A DNA stretch of 64,000 nt. Origin: Mobula hypostoma (taxonomy: Eukaryota). The position numbers were made by a program, and so were the translations under genes. Within the stretch, counting starts at the first letter, position 1. Every line of letters begins with the position of its first letter. Shown here in pieces: positions 50,590 through 62,645 of the stretch. The DNA lies in contig NC_086124.1 in NCBI RefSeq assembly GCF_963921235.1, forward strand, positions 27,900,001 through 27,964,000, given 5' to 3'. The notes under the pieces were generated by a model, which was not told where the DNA came from, searched no databases, and saw only the letters and a list, made by a program, of their open reading frames with translations.

Positions 50590-52480
50590 GAGTAATAGAG
50601 AAGTGCAGCACAGAAACATGCCTCTATGGTCCAACTGGTTTATGTCGAAACCATTTAAAATACCTACTTCCATCAACCTTCTCTGGGACCATATCCCTCA
50701 ATACCCTTACCTTCCATGTACCTACCCTAACTTTGCTTAAACATTGAAATTGTGTTTGCATGCACCACTTGTGCTGGCAGCTCATTCCACACTCTCATGA
50801 CCCTCTGAGTGTAGAGACTTCCTCTCCTGTTTCCCTTAAATATTTCACCTTTCACTCTTATCCCATGAGCTCTTGTTGTAGTCCCACTCAACCTGAGTAG
50901 ATAAAGCTTGCTTGCATTTACCCTATCTATACCCCTCATAATTTTGTATACCTCTATCAAATGACCTACGTTCTAAGGAATAAAGACCCGGCAACATCCT
51001 TGTAAATTTTCTCTGCATTCTTTCAAGCTTGTTTACATCTTTCCTGTCGGTAGGTGACCAAAACTACACACAATAATCCTAATGAGGCCTCACCAACTTC
51101 AACATAACATCCCAAAGCCCGTAGTCAATATTTTGATTTATAAAGGCCAATATGCCTAAAGCTTTCTTTACAACCCTCTCTCCCAGTTATGCATTCCAGA
51201 CCCCTTTGTTCTACCACTCTCTATAGTACCCTCCATTCACCATGTAAGACCTATTCTGGCTGGACCTACTGAAGTGCAACATCTTGCACTTATCTGCATT
51301 AAATTCCATTTGCCATTTTCAGCCAATTTTTCCAGCTGATCCAGATCCCCAAGCAAGCCATGATAGGCTTCCTTGCTGTCCACTATACCTTCAATCTTGG
51401 TGTCATCTGCAAGTTAGCTGATCCATTGAACCAAGTTATCATCCAGGTCAATGATATCAATGACAAGCAACAATGATCCCAGTACTGAACCCCACTAGTC
51501 ACAGGTCTTCAGTCAGGGAAGCAACAAGCCCACAAAATTGAATCCAATTTACTGCCTCATCCTGAATGTTGAGCAACTGAACCTCTTGACCAACCTCCCA
51601 TGTGGGACCTTATTAAATGTCTTGATAAAGTCCATGTAAATGACATCCACTACATTGCCTCCATCCACTTTCCTGGTAACTTCCTCGAAAAACTTTATAA
51701 GATTGGTTGGACATAACCTACCAGGCACGAAGCAATGCTGACTATCTCTAATCAGTCCATGTCTATCCAAATACTTCTTTATCCAGTCCCTTAGAATATC
51801 TTCCGATAACTTTCCCACAACTTTTGTAAAACTCACTGGCCTACAATCTCCTGGTTTATGTTTACAGTCTTTCTTAAACAGTGGAACAACATTGGCATCC
51901 TCCAATCTTCTGGTACCTGTCCCATCATGATCTGAAAATCTCTGCTTGGGCTACAGCCAATTCTGCACTTGCCTCTCATAGCGTCTGAGGGAACACTTTG
52001 TCATGCCATGGCAATTTATCCACCCTGATTTGCCTCAGCACAGCAAACACCTCCTCCTCTGTAATCTGTAGAATCCTGTCACCTTGTCTACTTCATGCCT
52101 TCTTTTAGCCCTCCTGATTTCTGTCTTAAATGTTCCCTTGCATTTCTTATACTCCATAAGCACCTCATTTGTTCCTACTTGCCATACACCTTTTTTCCTT
52201 AACCAAGGCCTCAATATCTCCTGAGAACCAAGCTTCCCTGCACTTGTTACCTTTACCGTTGGTACATAACTAGCATTTTGCTCTCAAAATTTCACTTTTG
52301 AAAGCTTCCCACTTACCAAGTACACCTTTGCTAGAAAACAGCCTGTCCCAGCCCGTACTTTCCAGATCATTTCTAATACCGTTAAAATTGGCCTTTCGCT
52401 GAATTAGAATCTCAACCTGAAGACCAGACCTATCTTTTCATATATTTACTTTGAAACTAGTTGCATTATGATGCAAGGTG
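50590..52480 (-). mobile_element. Decayed CR1 LINE
   Basis: ANVVPLFKK...DVIYMDFIKTFNKVPHG and LIEVYKIMRGIDRV on the minus strand. Confidence 0.8.
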
Positions 52481-52491
52481 CTCACCTGCAC

Positions 52492-53025
52492 CGGTGATTC
52501 CCAATGGGTGCAGTTATGTGTTCTAAGAGGCCGTTAAAGGAAATGGAAGGCGTTGGGGGGGGGCGGTGTATAAGATTCTTGGAGGGGGGCAGTAAACGGC
52601 ACCGTAACTTGAATCTTGAGACCTGACCGACCGTTGGTTGAGCTGGTACTTCCAGAAAAAAAAGGATGAGGCTCTGGAACACAGCTCAGCAGGCGGTGAG
52701 CACTCTTCGTCACAACAAGTCTGAAATTCAACAATCTCATCCAACCTTACCAACTAAAGAGACATAATTGGGGAGGCATAATTTAGCAACCAGAATCTAT
52801 TGACTTGTGGTACGGAACGAGTTCATGCAATATAACAGTTAGTAAGCCAAGTACATCCTCTCAACTTTCTCTACAGACCTACAAAAGCAGATTGCACAAC
52901 AAGACAGTTCTGGCCTGAACCAAACGGTGAAATAAAGACAATCGGTGAACCTGCCAACCCTGAGGATACTTCTTAATGTGTTCAATATGTGCGGTCAAGA
53001 ACCACTTGGGGATTATGAAGCTTTA
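52492..53025 (+). mobile_element. 5' end of a second Buster-type transposon
   Basis: Begins cggtgattcccaa and is colinear with 3429-3960 (ttgagacctgaccgaccgtt, cacaacaagtctgaaatt, tatgtgcggtcaagaacca). Confidence 0.7.
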
Positions 53026-53039
53026 TGTGATTGGTCTCA

Positions 53040-53560
53040 GCAACACTCACAACACGCTGGAGGAACTCAGCAGGTCGGGCAGCATCCATGGAAAAGATCA
53101 GTCAACGTTTCGGGTCGAACCCTTCATCAGGACTGAAGAGGGAAGGGGCAGAGGCCCTATAAAGAAGGTGGGGGGAGGGTGGGAAGGAGAAGGCTGGTAG
53201 GTACCAGGTGAAAAACCAGTAAGGGGAAAGATAAAGGGGTGGGGGAGGGGAAGCAGGGAGGTGATAGGCAGGAAAGGTGAAGAAGGAATAGGGGAAAACA
53301 CAATGGGTAGTAGAAGGAGGCGGAACCATGAGAGCACTTCTCCCTGTAAGCGTAAGTGCTACACCTGTCCCTACACCTCCTCTTTCGCCACCATTCAGGG
53401 CCCCAAACAGTCCTCTGCCCCTTCCCCCTTCAGTCCTGATGAAGGGTTCCGGTCCGAAACTTTGAATGATCTTTTCCACGGATGCTGCCCGACCTGCTGA
53501 GTTCCTCCAGTGTGTTGTGAGTGTTGCTTTGACCCCAGCATCTGCGGAGTATTTTGTGTT
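53040..53560. mobile_element. 521-bp Penelope-derived insertion with inverted arms and a 14-bp TSD
   Basis: TSD tgtgattggtctca at 53026-53039 and 53561-53574. The ~115-bp arms (53040-53155 vs ~53410-53525) are inverted, and the centre has a short tgtaagcgtaagtgctacacctgtccc piece of the Penelope endonuclease region. Confidence 0.85.
53099..53135 (-). ncRNA. Minimal type I hammerhead ribozyme motif
   Basis: Minus strand: cagtc CTGATGA a ggg ttcga ccc GAAAC GTT gactg. Stem I (cagtc/gactg) and stem II (GGG/CCC) are perfect, with a GUU triplet. Confidence 0.7.
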
Positions 53561-55006
53561 TGTGATTGGTCTCAAGTTGTCAATAATGGCAAAAAATGTT
53601 CGGCTTTTGAACTTCTGAGAAGACGTTTGAGCTTCAAAAAGTGGATCAAGAGTGCTGGAACCACTGAAATCATCATACGTGCGATTTTGCTTGTGTTTTC
53701 TTCAAGTTTGCTGTTGATAATCTTCACACTCAGATCCATGGCTTTTTGCTCAACGTCTGAAAAAGTGGACCAAATAATTTGAATATATCCATGCAAGGAT
53801 TCATAGAGTGCACATGCTGTGTTCAAGTCTTGGCCAGAAGATTGCAAAGAAGCACTGGTCATTTGAAAACGCTGTCATACTTGATCCCACAATATGACCA
53901 TTATTCCTGTTTCCAACTTCATCATGGTTGAAAGTAGTCCATGAGCCTGTTGTCGACACTCTGCCTTCTGATCATTGTTATTTGAAATGTCATCCAAGAC
54001 TTGTTTTATTGCAGAAAAGCTGTGTAAAAGTGCTTTTGTTGCAACTGCACGAGCTGACCACCTGGTATCTGACATTCTTTTCACAATGGGGAAGTGAGCA
54101 CCACCATCAGATAATGCAGCAGAAAGGAGATCCCACTGATAAGTAGAAGCAGGAAAAAATGTGTACAGGCGTTCTACAAATTGAAAGAAAATTAATACTT
54201 CTTGACAACATTCAGCAGCACATTTTCCAACCAATTTTAGTGAATAGAATGTAATCCGCAAACTCATTCAGCTCTTTAATTCGTGTCACTGTACTTGCCA
54301 CTCATGTTGCTGGCATTGTCATAAATTTGACCATGGCAGTCTTTTATATCAATGTCATTTTCCTTTAAAAAGTCAAGTAAACTAAGTGAGCTGTTCAGCA
54401 CTATAACCTTCCATATCCAAAAACTTCACAAATCTTTCAACCGGTCCAGACGGCAAAACATAGCGCAAAGTCAAAGTCAGCAGGTCCACATTCGATATGT
54501 CTGGAGTAGAATCCAATGGAACCGAATAATACTTGTATTTCTTCACTTCACCGATAATGTGATCCAGTATGCTGGATCCAATCAGATTGATGAATTTCTC
54601 ACACGTTGTTTTAGAAAGGTATGATTTATGTCCCCTTACTTGGTTTGCATGAGCATTTATATGCTCTGCCAGAAAAGGGTCAAAGTTGGCCAGTAATTCT
54701 AACAACCCCAAGTAATTTCCATTATGAGGAGAACCAACAAAGTGAAAAGCCTCATTCTTCTAAAAACTTTACAACTTTAATTATTCACTCCAGAAGTATG
54801 CGCCAATACTTTTGTTCAGTCTCCATTTCTTTCACAAGGTGGGAAGCGACACGTTTAGCTTCGTTTTTGTGCATCAACAGTGAAATTAAGGCTTGTCTAT
54901 GTGAGGAACTTTCTTCATGTCGATGTAATAAATTGCTTGCATTTTTCCAGTCATTAAACCCCTCTTCACTAAACTTTGATGAACATCCTGAAGTCATAAC
55001 CTTGCA

Positions 55007-57684
55007 TGGAAAGGAAGGACATAAGCCGGGAAGATGTGGAATCGATATGGGTAGAGCTGCGTAACACTAAGGGGCAGAAAACGCTGGTGGGAGTTGTGTA
55101 CAGGCCACCTAAAAGTAGTAGTGAGGTCGGAGATGGTATTAAACAGGAAATTAGAAATGTGTGCAATAAAGGAACAGCAGTTATAATGGGTGACTTCAAT
55201 CTACATGTAGATTGGGTGAACCAAATTGGTAAAGGTGCTGAAGAAGAGGATTTCTTGGAATGTATGCGGGATGGTTTTTTGAACCAACATGTCGAGGAAC
55301 CAACTAGAGAGCAGGCTATTCTGGATTGGGTTTTGAGCAATGAGGAAGGGTTAATTAGCAATCTTGTCGTGAGAGGCCCCTTGGGTAAGAGTGACCATAA
55401 TATGGTGGAATTCTTCATTAAGATGGAGAGTGACATAGTTAATTCAGAAACAAAGGTTCAGAACTTAAAGAGGGGTAACTTTGAAGGTATGAGACGTGAA
55501 TTAGCTAAGATAGACTGGCAAATGACACTTAAAGGATTGACGGTGGATATGCAATGGCAAGCATTTAAAGATTGCATGGATGAACTACAACAATTGTTCA
55601 TCCCAGTTTGGCAAAAGAGTAAATCAAGGAAGGTAGTGCACCCGTGGCTGACAAGAGAAATTAGGGATAGTATCAATTCCAAAGAAGAAGCATACAAATT
55701 AGCCAGAAAAAGTGGCTCACCTGAGGACTGGGAGAAATTCAGAGTTCAGCAGAGGAGAATAAAGGGCTTAATTAGGAAGGGGAAAAAAGATTATGAGAGA
55801 AAACTGGCAGGGAACATAAAAACTGACTGTAAAAGCTTTTATAGATATGTAAAAAGGAAAAGACTGGTAAAGACAAATGTAGGTCCGCTACAGACAGAAA
55901 CAGGTGAATTGATTATGGGGAGCAAGGACATGGCAGACCAATTGAATAATTACTTTGGTTCTGTCTTCACTAAGGAGGACATAAATAATCTTCCAGAAAT
56001 AGTAGGGGACAGAGGGTCCAGTGAGATGGAGGAACTGAGTGAAATACATGTTAGTAGGGAAGTGGTATTAGGTAAATTGAAGGGATTAAAGGGAGATAAA
56101 TCCCCAGGGCCAGATGGTCTGCATCCCAGAGTGCTTAAGGAAGTAGCCCAAGAAATAATGGATGCATTAGTGATAATTTTTCAAAACTCGTTAGATTCTG
56201 GACTAGTTCCTGAGGATTGGAGGGTGGCTAATGTAACCCCACTTTTTAAAAAAGAAGGGAGAGAGAAACCAGGGAATTATAGACCGGTTAGCCTAACGTC
56301 GGTGGTGGGGAAACTGCTGGAGTCAGTTATCAAAGATGTGATAACAGTACATTTGGAAAGTGGTGAAATCATCGGACAAAGTCAGCATGGATTTGTGAAA
56401 GGAAAATCATGTCTGACGAATCTCATAGAATTTTTTGAGGATGTAACTAGTAGAGTGGATAGGGGAGAACCAGTGGATGTGGTATATTTGGATTTTCAAA
56501 AGGCTTTTGACAAGGTCCCACACAGGAGATTAGTGTGCAAACTTAAAACACACGGTATTGGGGGTAAGGTATTGATGTGGATAGAGAATTGGTTAGCAGA
56601 CAGGAAGCAAAGAGTGGGAATAAACGGGACCTTTTCAGAATGGCAGGCAGTGACTAGTGGGGTACCGCAAGGCTCAGTGCTGGGACCCCAGTTGTTTACA
56701 ATATATATTAATGACTTGGATGAGGGAATTAAATGCAGCATCTCCAAGTTTGCAGATGACACGAAGCTGGGTGGCAGTGTTAGCTGTGAGGAGGATGCTA
56801 AGAGGATGCAGAGTGACTTGGATAGGTTGGGTGAGTGGGCAAATTTATGACAGATGCAATTTAATGTGGATAAATGTGAAGTTATCCACTTTGGTGGCAA
56901 AAATAGGAAAACAGATTATTATCTGAATGGTGGCCGATTAGGAAAAGGGGAGGTGCAATGAGACCTGGGTGTCATTATACACCAGTCATTGAAAGTGGGC
57001 ATGCAGGTACAGCAGGCGGTGAAAAAGGCGAATGGTATGCTGGCATTTATAGTGAGAGGATTCAAGTACAGGAGCAGGGAGGTACTACTGCAGTTGTACA
57101 AGGCCTTGGTGAGACCACACCTGGAGTATTGTGTGCAGTTTTGGTCCCCTAATCTGAGGAAAGACATCCTTGCCATAGAGGGAGTACAAAGAAGGTTCAC
57201 CAGATTGATTCCTGGGATGGCAGGACTCTCATATGAAGAAAGACTGGATGAACTGGGCTTGTACTCATTGGAATTTAGAAGATTGAAGGTGGATCTGATT
57301 GAAACGTATAAAATCCTAAAGGGATTGGACAGGCTAGATGCAGGAAGATTGTTCCCGATGTTGGGGAAGTTCAGAACGAGGGGTCACAGTTTGAGGATAA
57401 AGGGGAAGCCTTTTAGGACCGAGATTAGGAAAAACTTCTTCACACAGAGAGTGGTGAATCTGTGGAATTCTCTGCCACAGGAAACAGTTGAGGCCAGTTC
57501 ATTGGCTATATTTAAGAGGGAGTTAGATATGGCCCTTGTGGCTATGGGGATCAGGGGGTATGGAGGGAAGGCTGGGGCAGGGTTCTGAGTTGGATGATCA
57601 GCCATGATCATAATAAATGGCGGTGCAGGCTCGAAGGGCCGAATGGCCTACTTCTGCACCTATTTTCTATGTTTCTATGTTTCT
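55007..57684 (+). mobile_element. Young 5'-truncated CR1 LINE (ORF2 from within EN to the end)
   Basis: One reading frame runs 55006-57588, broken only by TGA at 56848-56850 (TGG in the sister copy) and TGA at 56959-56961 (CGA in the sister copy). It ends in a (tttctatg)n tail. Confidence 0.92.
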
Positions 57685-58208
57685 AAACAGAATAGGCTTC
57701 CTTTGTTTTCTGAACAGAATAACCAATTTCTTTCATGTTGCTTGTTTGTAGGTTTATGAACATATGTAAAATAAGACTTCTGATAGTGCCGAGGTTTCTT
57801 TTCATTGTCAGACAATCGCATGGATGAAGACATCACTTCCCTTGGCTATCCAATATTCACGATCACAATAATCTAGATTGTATGGCCATTCACCAATATC
57901 ATTAGAGCTCTTGTTCTTTTCACTTGTTCTTTCACATTCAGTGGACGCTGGATGTTGCTGTATCATGCCTTCTGCCACACTAGTACTAGTTGTTCCTATA
58001 TTTCCAGCTTCAGCCGTTATAGCACCATCACCATCTCCATGAACACCAAAATATTCTGTCAATTTAGGTGTTTTTGATATCATAAATTGGTCTCTTCTTT
58101 CTTTTTCTTCTTTCGCTGTACGTTTTGCACTTCCAGAAGCATAATAGCGTCCAATATCTCTAGCTGTCTTTCTCATTGCTATCTACATGAAAACAACAGC
58201 ATTGCCAG

Positions 58209-61200
58209 GTGATGCCTACACCGAAGAAGTTTAGATCCTCTCTTCGACGGGAGTTCAGCGAAACCATCTCTCACTGCTCCCCATCTGTAATTTCTTCGGC
58301 TCTTCAAATTTTCGACCACACTTTGACTCAAATTCGCTATCACAGCCATATATCCTTTCTTGGAACGTGCCTCCGTCGCCAACTTACTCCAGTTGGCTTT
58401 AGGATTCGTTTCCAATCCTCTCAATTTGGACCTTCTGAGGATCCCAGGTACTCACATTTTATTGTCTCTGCCTCTCGCCGCTTCTCCCGTCAAGCTCTGA
58501 AGGCGACGCTCTCCGCCATGAGGAGGTACTTGGTGTCCCTATCCCAGACCGTTCCACACCTTCGGGACACTTTCTTCGCCGTCTGTAATGGTCCTACCCG
58601 TTATTTCATCCTCCGTCGGATTCACGCCTGCAATCGCCGTTTTTTTGACTTTGTCATGTTAGGCAAAGATCGCAAGATCTTACATCTACGGACTCCAGAG
58701 CCTGCCGGCCCCGACGCTAGCAGGCATGAACTTTCAATTGTGGCCCCCGCCATTGATCTCGCCGGCTCCAACACTCTGGACATATTCAAAACCCGGACTC
58801 CAGCAACGACCATGGACACCTTCACAGTGATTGCGCAACCACCAGCTGCGTCTCCAGCCTTGAACTCCAGACCGGGTCTTTATGTGCTGCTGTTGTGACT
58901 CCCGTCTCCCCTTCCCCCACCAATACTCTGCAATCCCGTCTCCCTCCGATCCCATCGTCAGCTCCTGGGCCCTCAGAGGCTCCATCTTCCTCTCACCCCA
59001 ACCCTCCCCTCTCCATTGACACCCCCAGCCTCCCCCCTCCCCCCCTGATCCCAGCTCTCATCCGTGCCGGGTCTTTACCATCCCCTCCGACCTTCAACTG
59101 TCGGAGGCAGAACGCTCTGTCCTCAGTAAGGGCCTCACGTTTGTCCCCCTTCGCCCACACCTCAGCGAGTTCCGTGTTCGCCACGATGCGGAACTTTTCT
59201 TCCGCCGTCTCCGTCTCCGAGCCTACTTCTTCGGCAAGGACTCTTCCACCCCCACCGATGACCCCTTCTCCCGTCTTCAACCCTCCTCTTCTTCATGGAC
59301 ACCCCGCTCTGGTCTTTTGCCTGCTCTGGATCTCTTTATCGCTAACTGCCGACGGGACATCAACCGTCTCGACTTCACCGCACCTTGTCCCCATTCCAAC
59401 CTCACTCCTTCGGAACGCTCTGCTCTCCACTCCCTCCGCACTAATCCTAACCTTATTATTAAACCCGCTGATAAGGGGGGTGCTGTTGTAGTCTGGCGTA
59501 CTGACCTCTACCTTGCCGAGGCACAGCGACAACTCGCGGATACCTCCTCTTATTTACCCCTCGATCGTGACCCCACTAAGGAGCACCAGGCCGTTGTCTC
59601 CCACACCATCACCGACTTTATCCGCTCAGGGGATCTCCCATCCACTGCTACCAACCTTATAGTTCCCACACCCCGCACTTCCCGTTTCTACCTCCTACCC
59701 AAGATCCACAAACCTGCCTGTCCTGGCCGACCTATTGTCTCAGCCTGTTCCTGCCCCACCGAACTCGTTTTTGCATACCTCGACACTGTTTTATCACCCC
59801 TTGTTCAATCCCTTCCGACCTATGTTCGTGACACTTCTCACGCTCTTAAACTTTTCGATGATTTTAAGTTCCCTGGCCCCCACCGCTTTATTTTCACCAT
59901 GGATGTCCAGTCCTTATATACTTCCATCCCCCATCAGGAAGGTCTCAAAGCTCTACGCTTCTTTTTGGATTCCAGACCTAATCAGTTCCCCTCTACCACC
60001 ACTCTGCTCCGTCTAGCGGAATTAGTCCTTACTCTTAATAATTTCTCCTTTTGCTCCTCCCATTTCCTCCAAACTAAAGGTGTAGCTATGGGCACCCATA
60101 TGGGTCCTAGCTCTGCCTGCCTTTTTGTTGGGTTTGTGGAACAATCTATGTTCCGTGCCTATTCTGGTATCTGTCCCCCACTTTTCCTTCGCTACATCGA
60201 CGACTGCATTGGCGCTGCTTCCTGCACGCATGCAGAACTCGTTGACTTTATTAACTTTGCCTCCAACTTTCACCCTGCCCTCAAGTTTACCTGGTCCATT
60301 TCCGACACCTCCCTCCCCTTTCTAGATCTTTCTGTCTCTGTCTCTGGAGACAGCTTATCCACTGATGTCTACTATAAGCCTACTGACTCTCACAGCTATC
60401 TGGACTATTCCTCTTCTCACCCTGTCTCTTGCAAAAACGCCATCCCCTTCTCGCAATTCCTCCGTCTCCGCCGCATCTACTCTCAGGATGAGGCTTTTCA
60501 TTCTAGGACGAGGGAGATGTCTTCATTTTTTAAAGAAAGGGGCTTCCCTTCCTCCACTATCAACTCTGCTCTTAAACGCATCTCCCCCATTTCACGTACA
60601 TCTGCTCTCACTCCATCCTCCCACCACCCCACTAGGAATAGGGTTCCCCTGGTCCTCACCTACCACCCCACCAGCCTCCGGGTCCAACACATTATTCTCC
60701 GTAACTTCCGCCACCTCCAACGGGATCCCACCACTAAGCACATCTTTCCCTCCCCCCCCCTCTGCATTCCGCAGGGATCGCTCCCTACACAACTCCCTTG
60801 TCCATTCGTCCCCCCCATCCCTCCCCACTGATCTCCCTCCTGGCACTTATCCATGTAAGCGGAACAAGTGCTACACATGCCCTTACACTTCCTCCCTTAC
60901 CACCATTCAGGGCCCCAAACAGTCCTTCCAGGTGAGGCATCACTTCACCTGTGAGTCGACTGGGGTGATATACTGCGTCCGGTGCTCCCGATGTGGCCTT
61001 TTATATATTGGTGAGACCCGACGCAGACTGGGAGACCGCTTTGCTGAACATCTACGCTCTGTCCACCAGAGAAAGCAGGATCTCCCAGTGGCCACACATT
61101 TTAATTCCACATCCCATTCCCATTCTGACATGTCTATCCACAGCCTCCTCTACTGTAAAGATGAAGCCACACTCAGGTTGGAGGAACAACACCTTATATT

Positions 61201-61683
61201 CCGTCTGGGTAGCCTCCAACCTGATGGCATGAACATTGACTTCTCTAACTTCCGCTAAGGACCCACCTCCCCCTCGTACCCCATCTGTTACTCATTTTTA
61301 TGCACACATTCTTTCACTCTCCTTTTTCTCCCTCTGTCCCTCTGAATATACCTCTTGCCCATCCTCTGGGTCACCCCCCCCCCCGTCTTTCTTCCCGGAC
61401 CTCCTGTCCCATGATCCTCTCGTATCCCCTTTTGCCTATCACCTGTCCAACTCTCGGCTCTATCCCTCCCCCTCCTGTCTTCTCCTATCATTTTGCATCT
61501 CCCCCTCCCCCTCCAACTTTCAAATCCCTTACTCACTCTTCCTTCAGTTAGTCCTGACGAAGGGTCTCGGCCTGAAACGTCGACTGCGCCTCTTCCTATA
61601 GATGCTGCTTGGCCTGCTGCGTTCACCAGCAACTTTGATGTATGTTGCTTGAATTTCCAGCATCTGCAGAATTCCTGTTGTTT
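58209..61683 (+). mobile_element. Near full-length Penelope-like retroelement (RT + GIY-YIG endonuclease)
   Basis: RT motifs LPKIHK..PGRPIVS, MDVQSLYTSIP, GVAMGT and LRYIDD (ORF 59317-60831). GIY-YIG VIYCVRCSRCGLLYIGETRRRLGDRFAEH (ORF to 61258). A 10-bp direct repeat gcattgccag lies at 58199-58208 and 61684-61693. Confidence 0.92.
61549..61586 (+). ncRNA. Minimal type I hammerhead ribozyme motif in the Penelope 3' terminal region
   Basis: tagtc CTGACGA agggtctcggcct GAAAC GTC gactg: CUGANGA core, short stem II, GAAA, ACGU palindromic stem III, GUC triplet and a stem I closing pair set. Confidence 0.7.
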
Positions 61684-62439
61684 GCATTGCCAGATCATCG
61701 TTGTTGTGGCGTGGATGAAATCACAGAGCGTTGTGTTCCCGGTAGGTACAAGGCAGTTTCTTTATTCGACAAAACAAGGTTACAGCAGGCAGAGACCCCT
61801 GGCAGAACATGTCTAACCACCTTGTGATTGAGGTTCGATATTTATTTGTTAAACACAAAGGACAGTTCAAAGTTACAAGTATAGACAATTCTTTGAAGTT
61901 TTCACATCTTTTGATTAAATTCATTCTACCAGCACCAGTATGCCTAAGCTGGCATTCATGGCCTTTAGAAATGCAAGTTAAAATCCATAATACATTATTT
62001 GGTATGTTTCGTGCTATCATAGAGGTCAATTCGTATTCAAAAAAAGCATAGATATGGTGTCTTCGCAACTACACGTAAACTTAGGATTCTTGTGTCAGAG
62101 ATGCATTGTTACAAATGAAACTGGGTTCACAGCTTTTAGGAAATGCATTGTTATGAATTCAATCTAAAGTACTTTGTCAAAGAGCAGAAGGCTGCTGGCT
62201 GAAGTCATTTATTTAAGTGTAAATGAATCGTTTATCGTTTACTCTAACAATCGTGAGAATACGGTGAGCTCGGATGCCAATTTCACCAGACTGCAGTTTG
62301 GAAGCATTTAGTGTGGGCGGGGCCCTCGAAGATGTGGGGCCGGTAGCATATGGTACTTTTGCTAGTAGGTTAATCCAGCCCTGTGTGCACTCTCTGGTTG
62401 GAAACTCTCCTGAACAAATTTGACGAGCTCTATCCCATC

Positions 62440-62645
62440 TCATCCTTCTACAGTATGGGAGTCCCAGTGAATATGTGCAAAGTTAAAACCTTATGTTTCT
62501 TGCAATAGCCTATGACCTCTCTACAGATTTGTTCCTCTGCATCCCTCGGACTGTTGGGTGGTCTGTAATATAGTCCTATTATCGTGGTCAGACCTTTCTC
62601 ATTTCTCAGTTCCACCCACAACACCTCACCAGATGAGTTCTCCAG
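62440..62645 (-). mobile_element. CR1 endonuclease fragment
   Basis: EVLWVELRNEKGLTTIIGLYYRPPNS is the typical CR1 EN segment. Confidence 0.75.

Larger units (their letters stand above)
53561..62383 (-). mobile_element. hAT transposon with a decayed ZMYM1-like (TTF zinc finger/DUF4371-type) transposase, split by CR1 and Penelope insertions
   Basis: 5' terminus cagggctggattaacc at 62383. N-terminus MRKTARDIGRYYASGSAKR (58176), then WLFCSENKGSLFC|CKVMTSG..GFNDWKNAS across the CR1, GLLELLANFDPFLAEH, YSVPLDSTPDIS and SDTRWSAR. The 3' terminus was not found. Confidence 0.85.

Noticed and set aside
55006-56850. 614-aa ORF as a host gene or an active LINE
   Set aside because: It is a 5'-truncated CR1 ORF2 with two nonsense mutations and no ORF1 or promoter.
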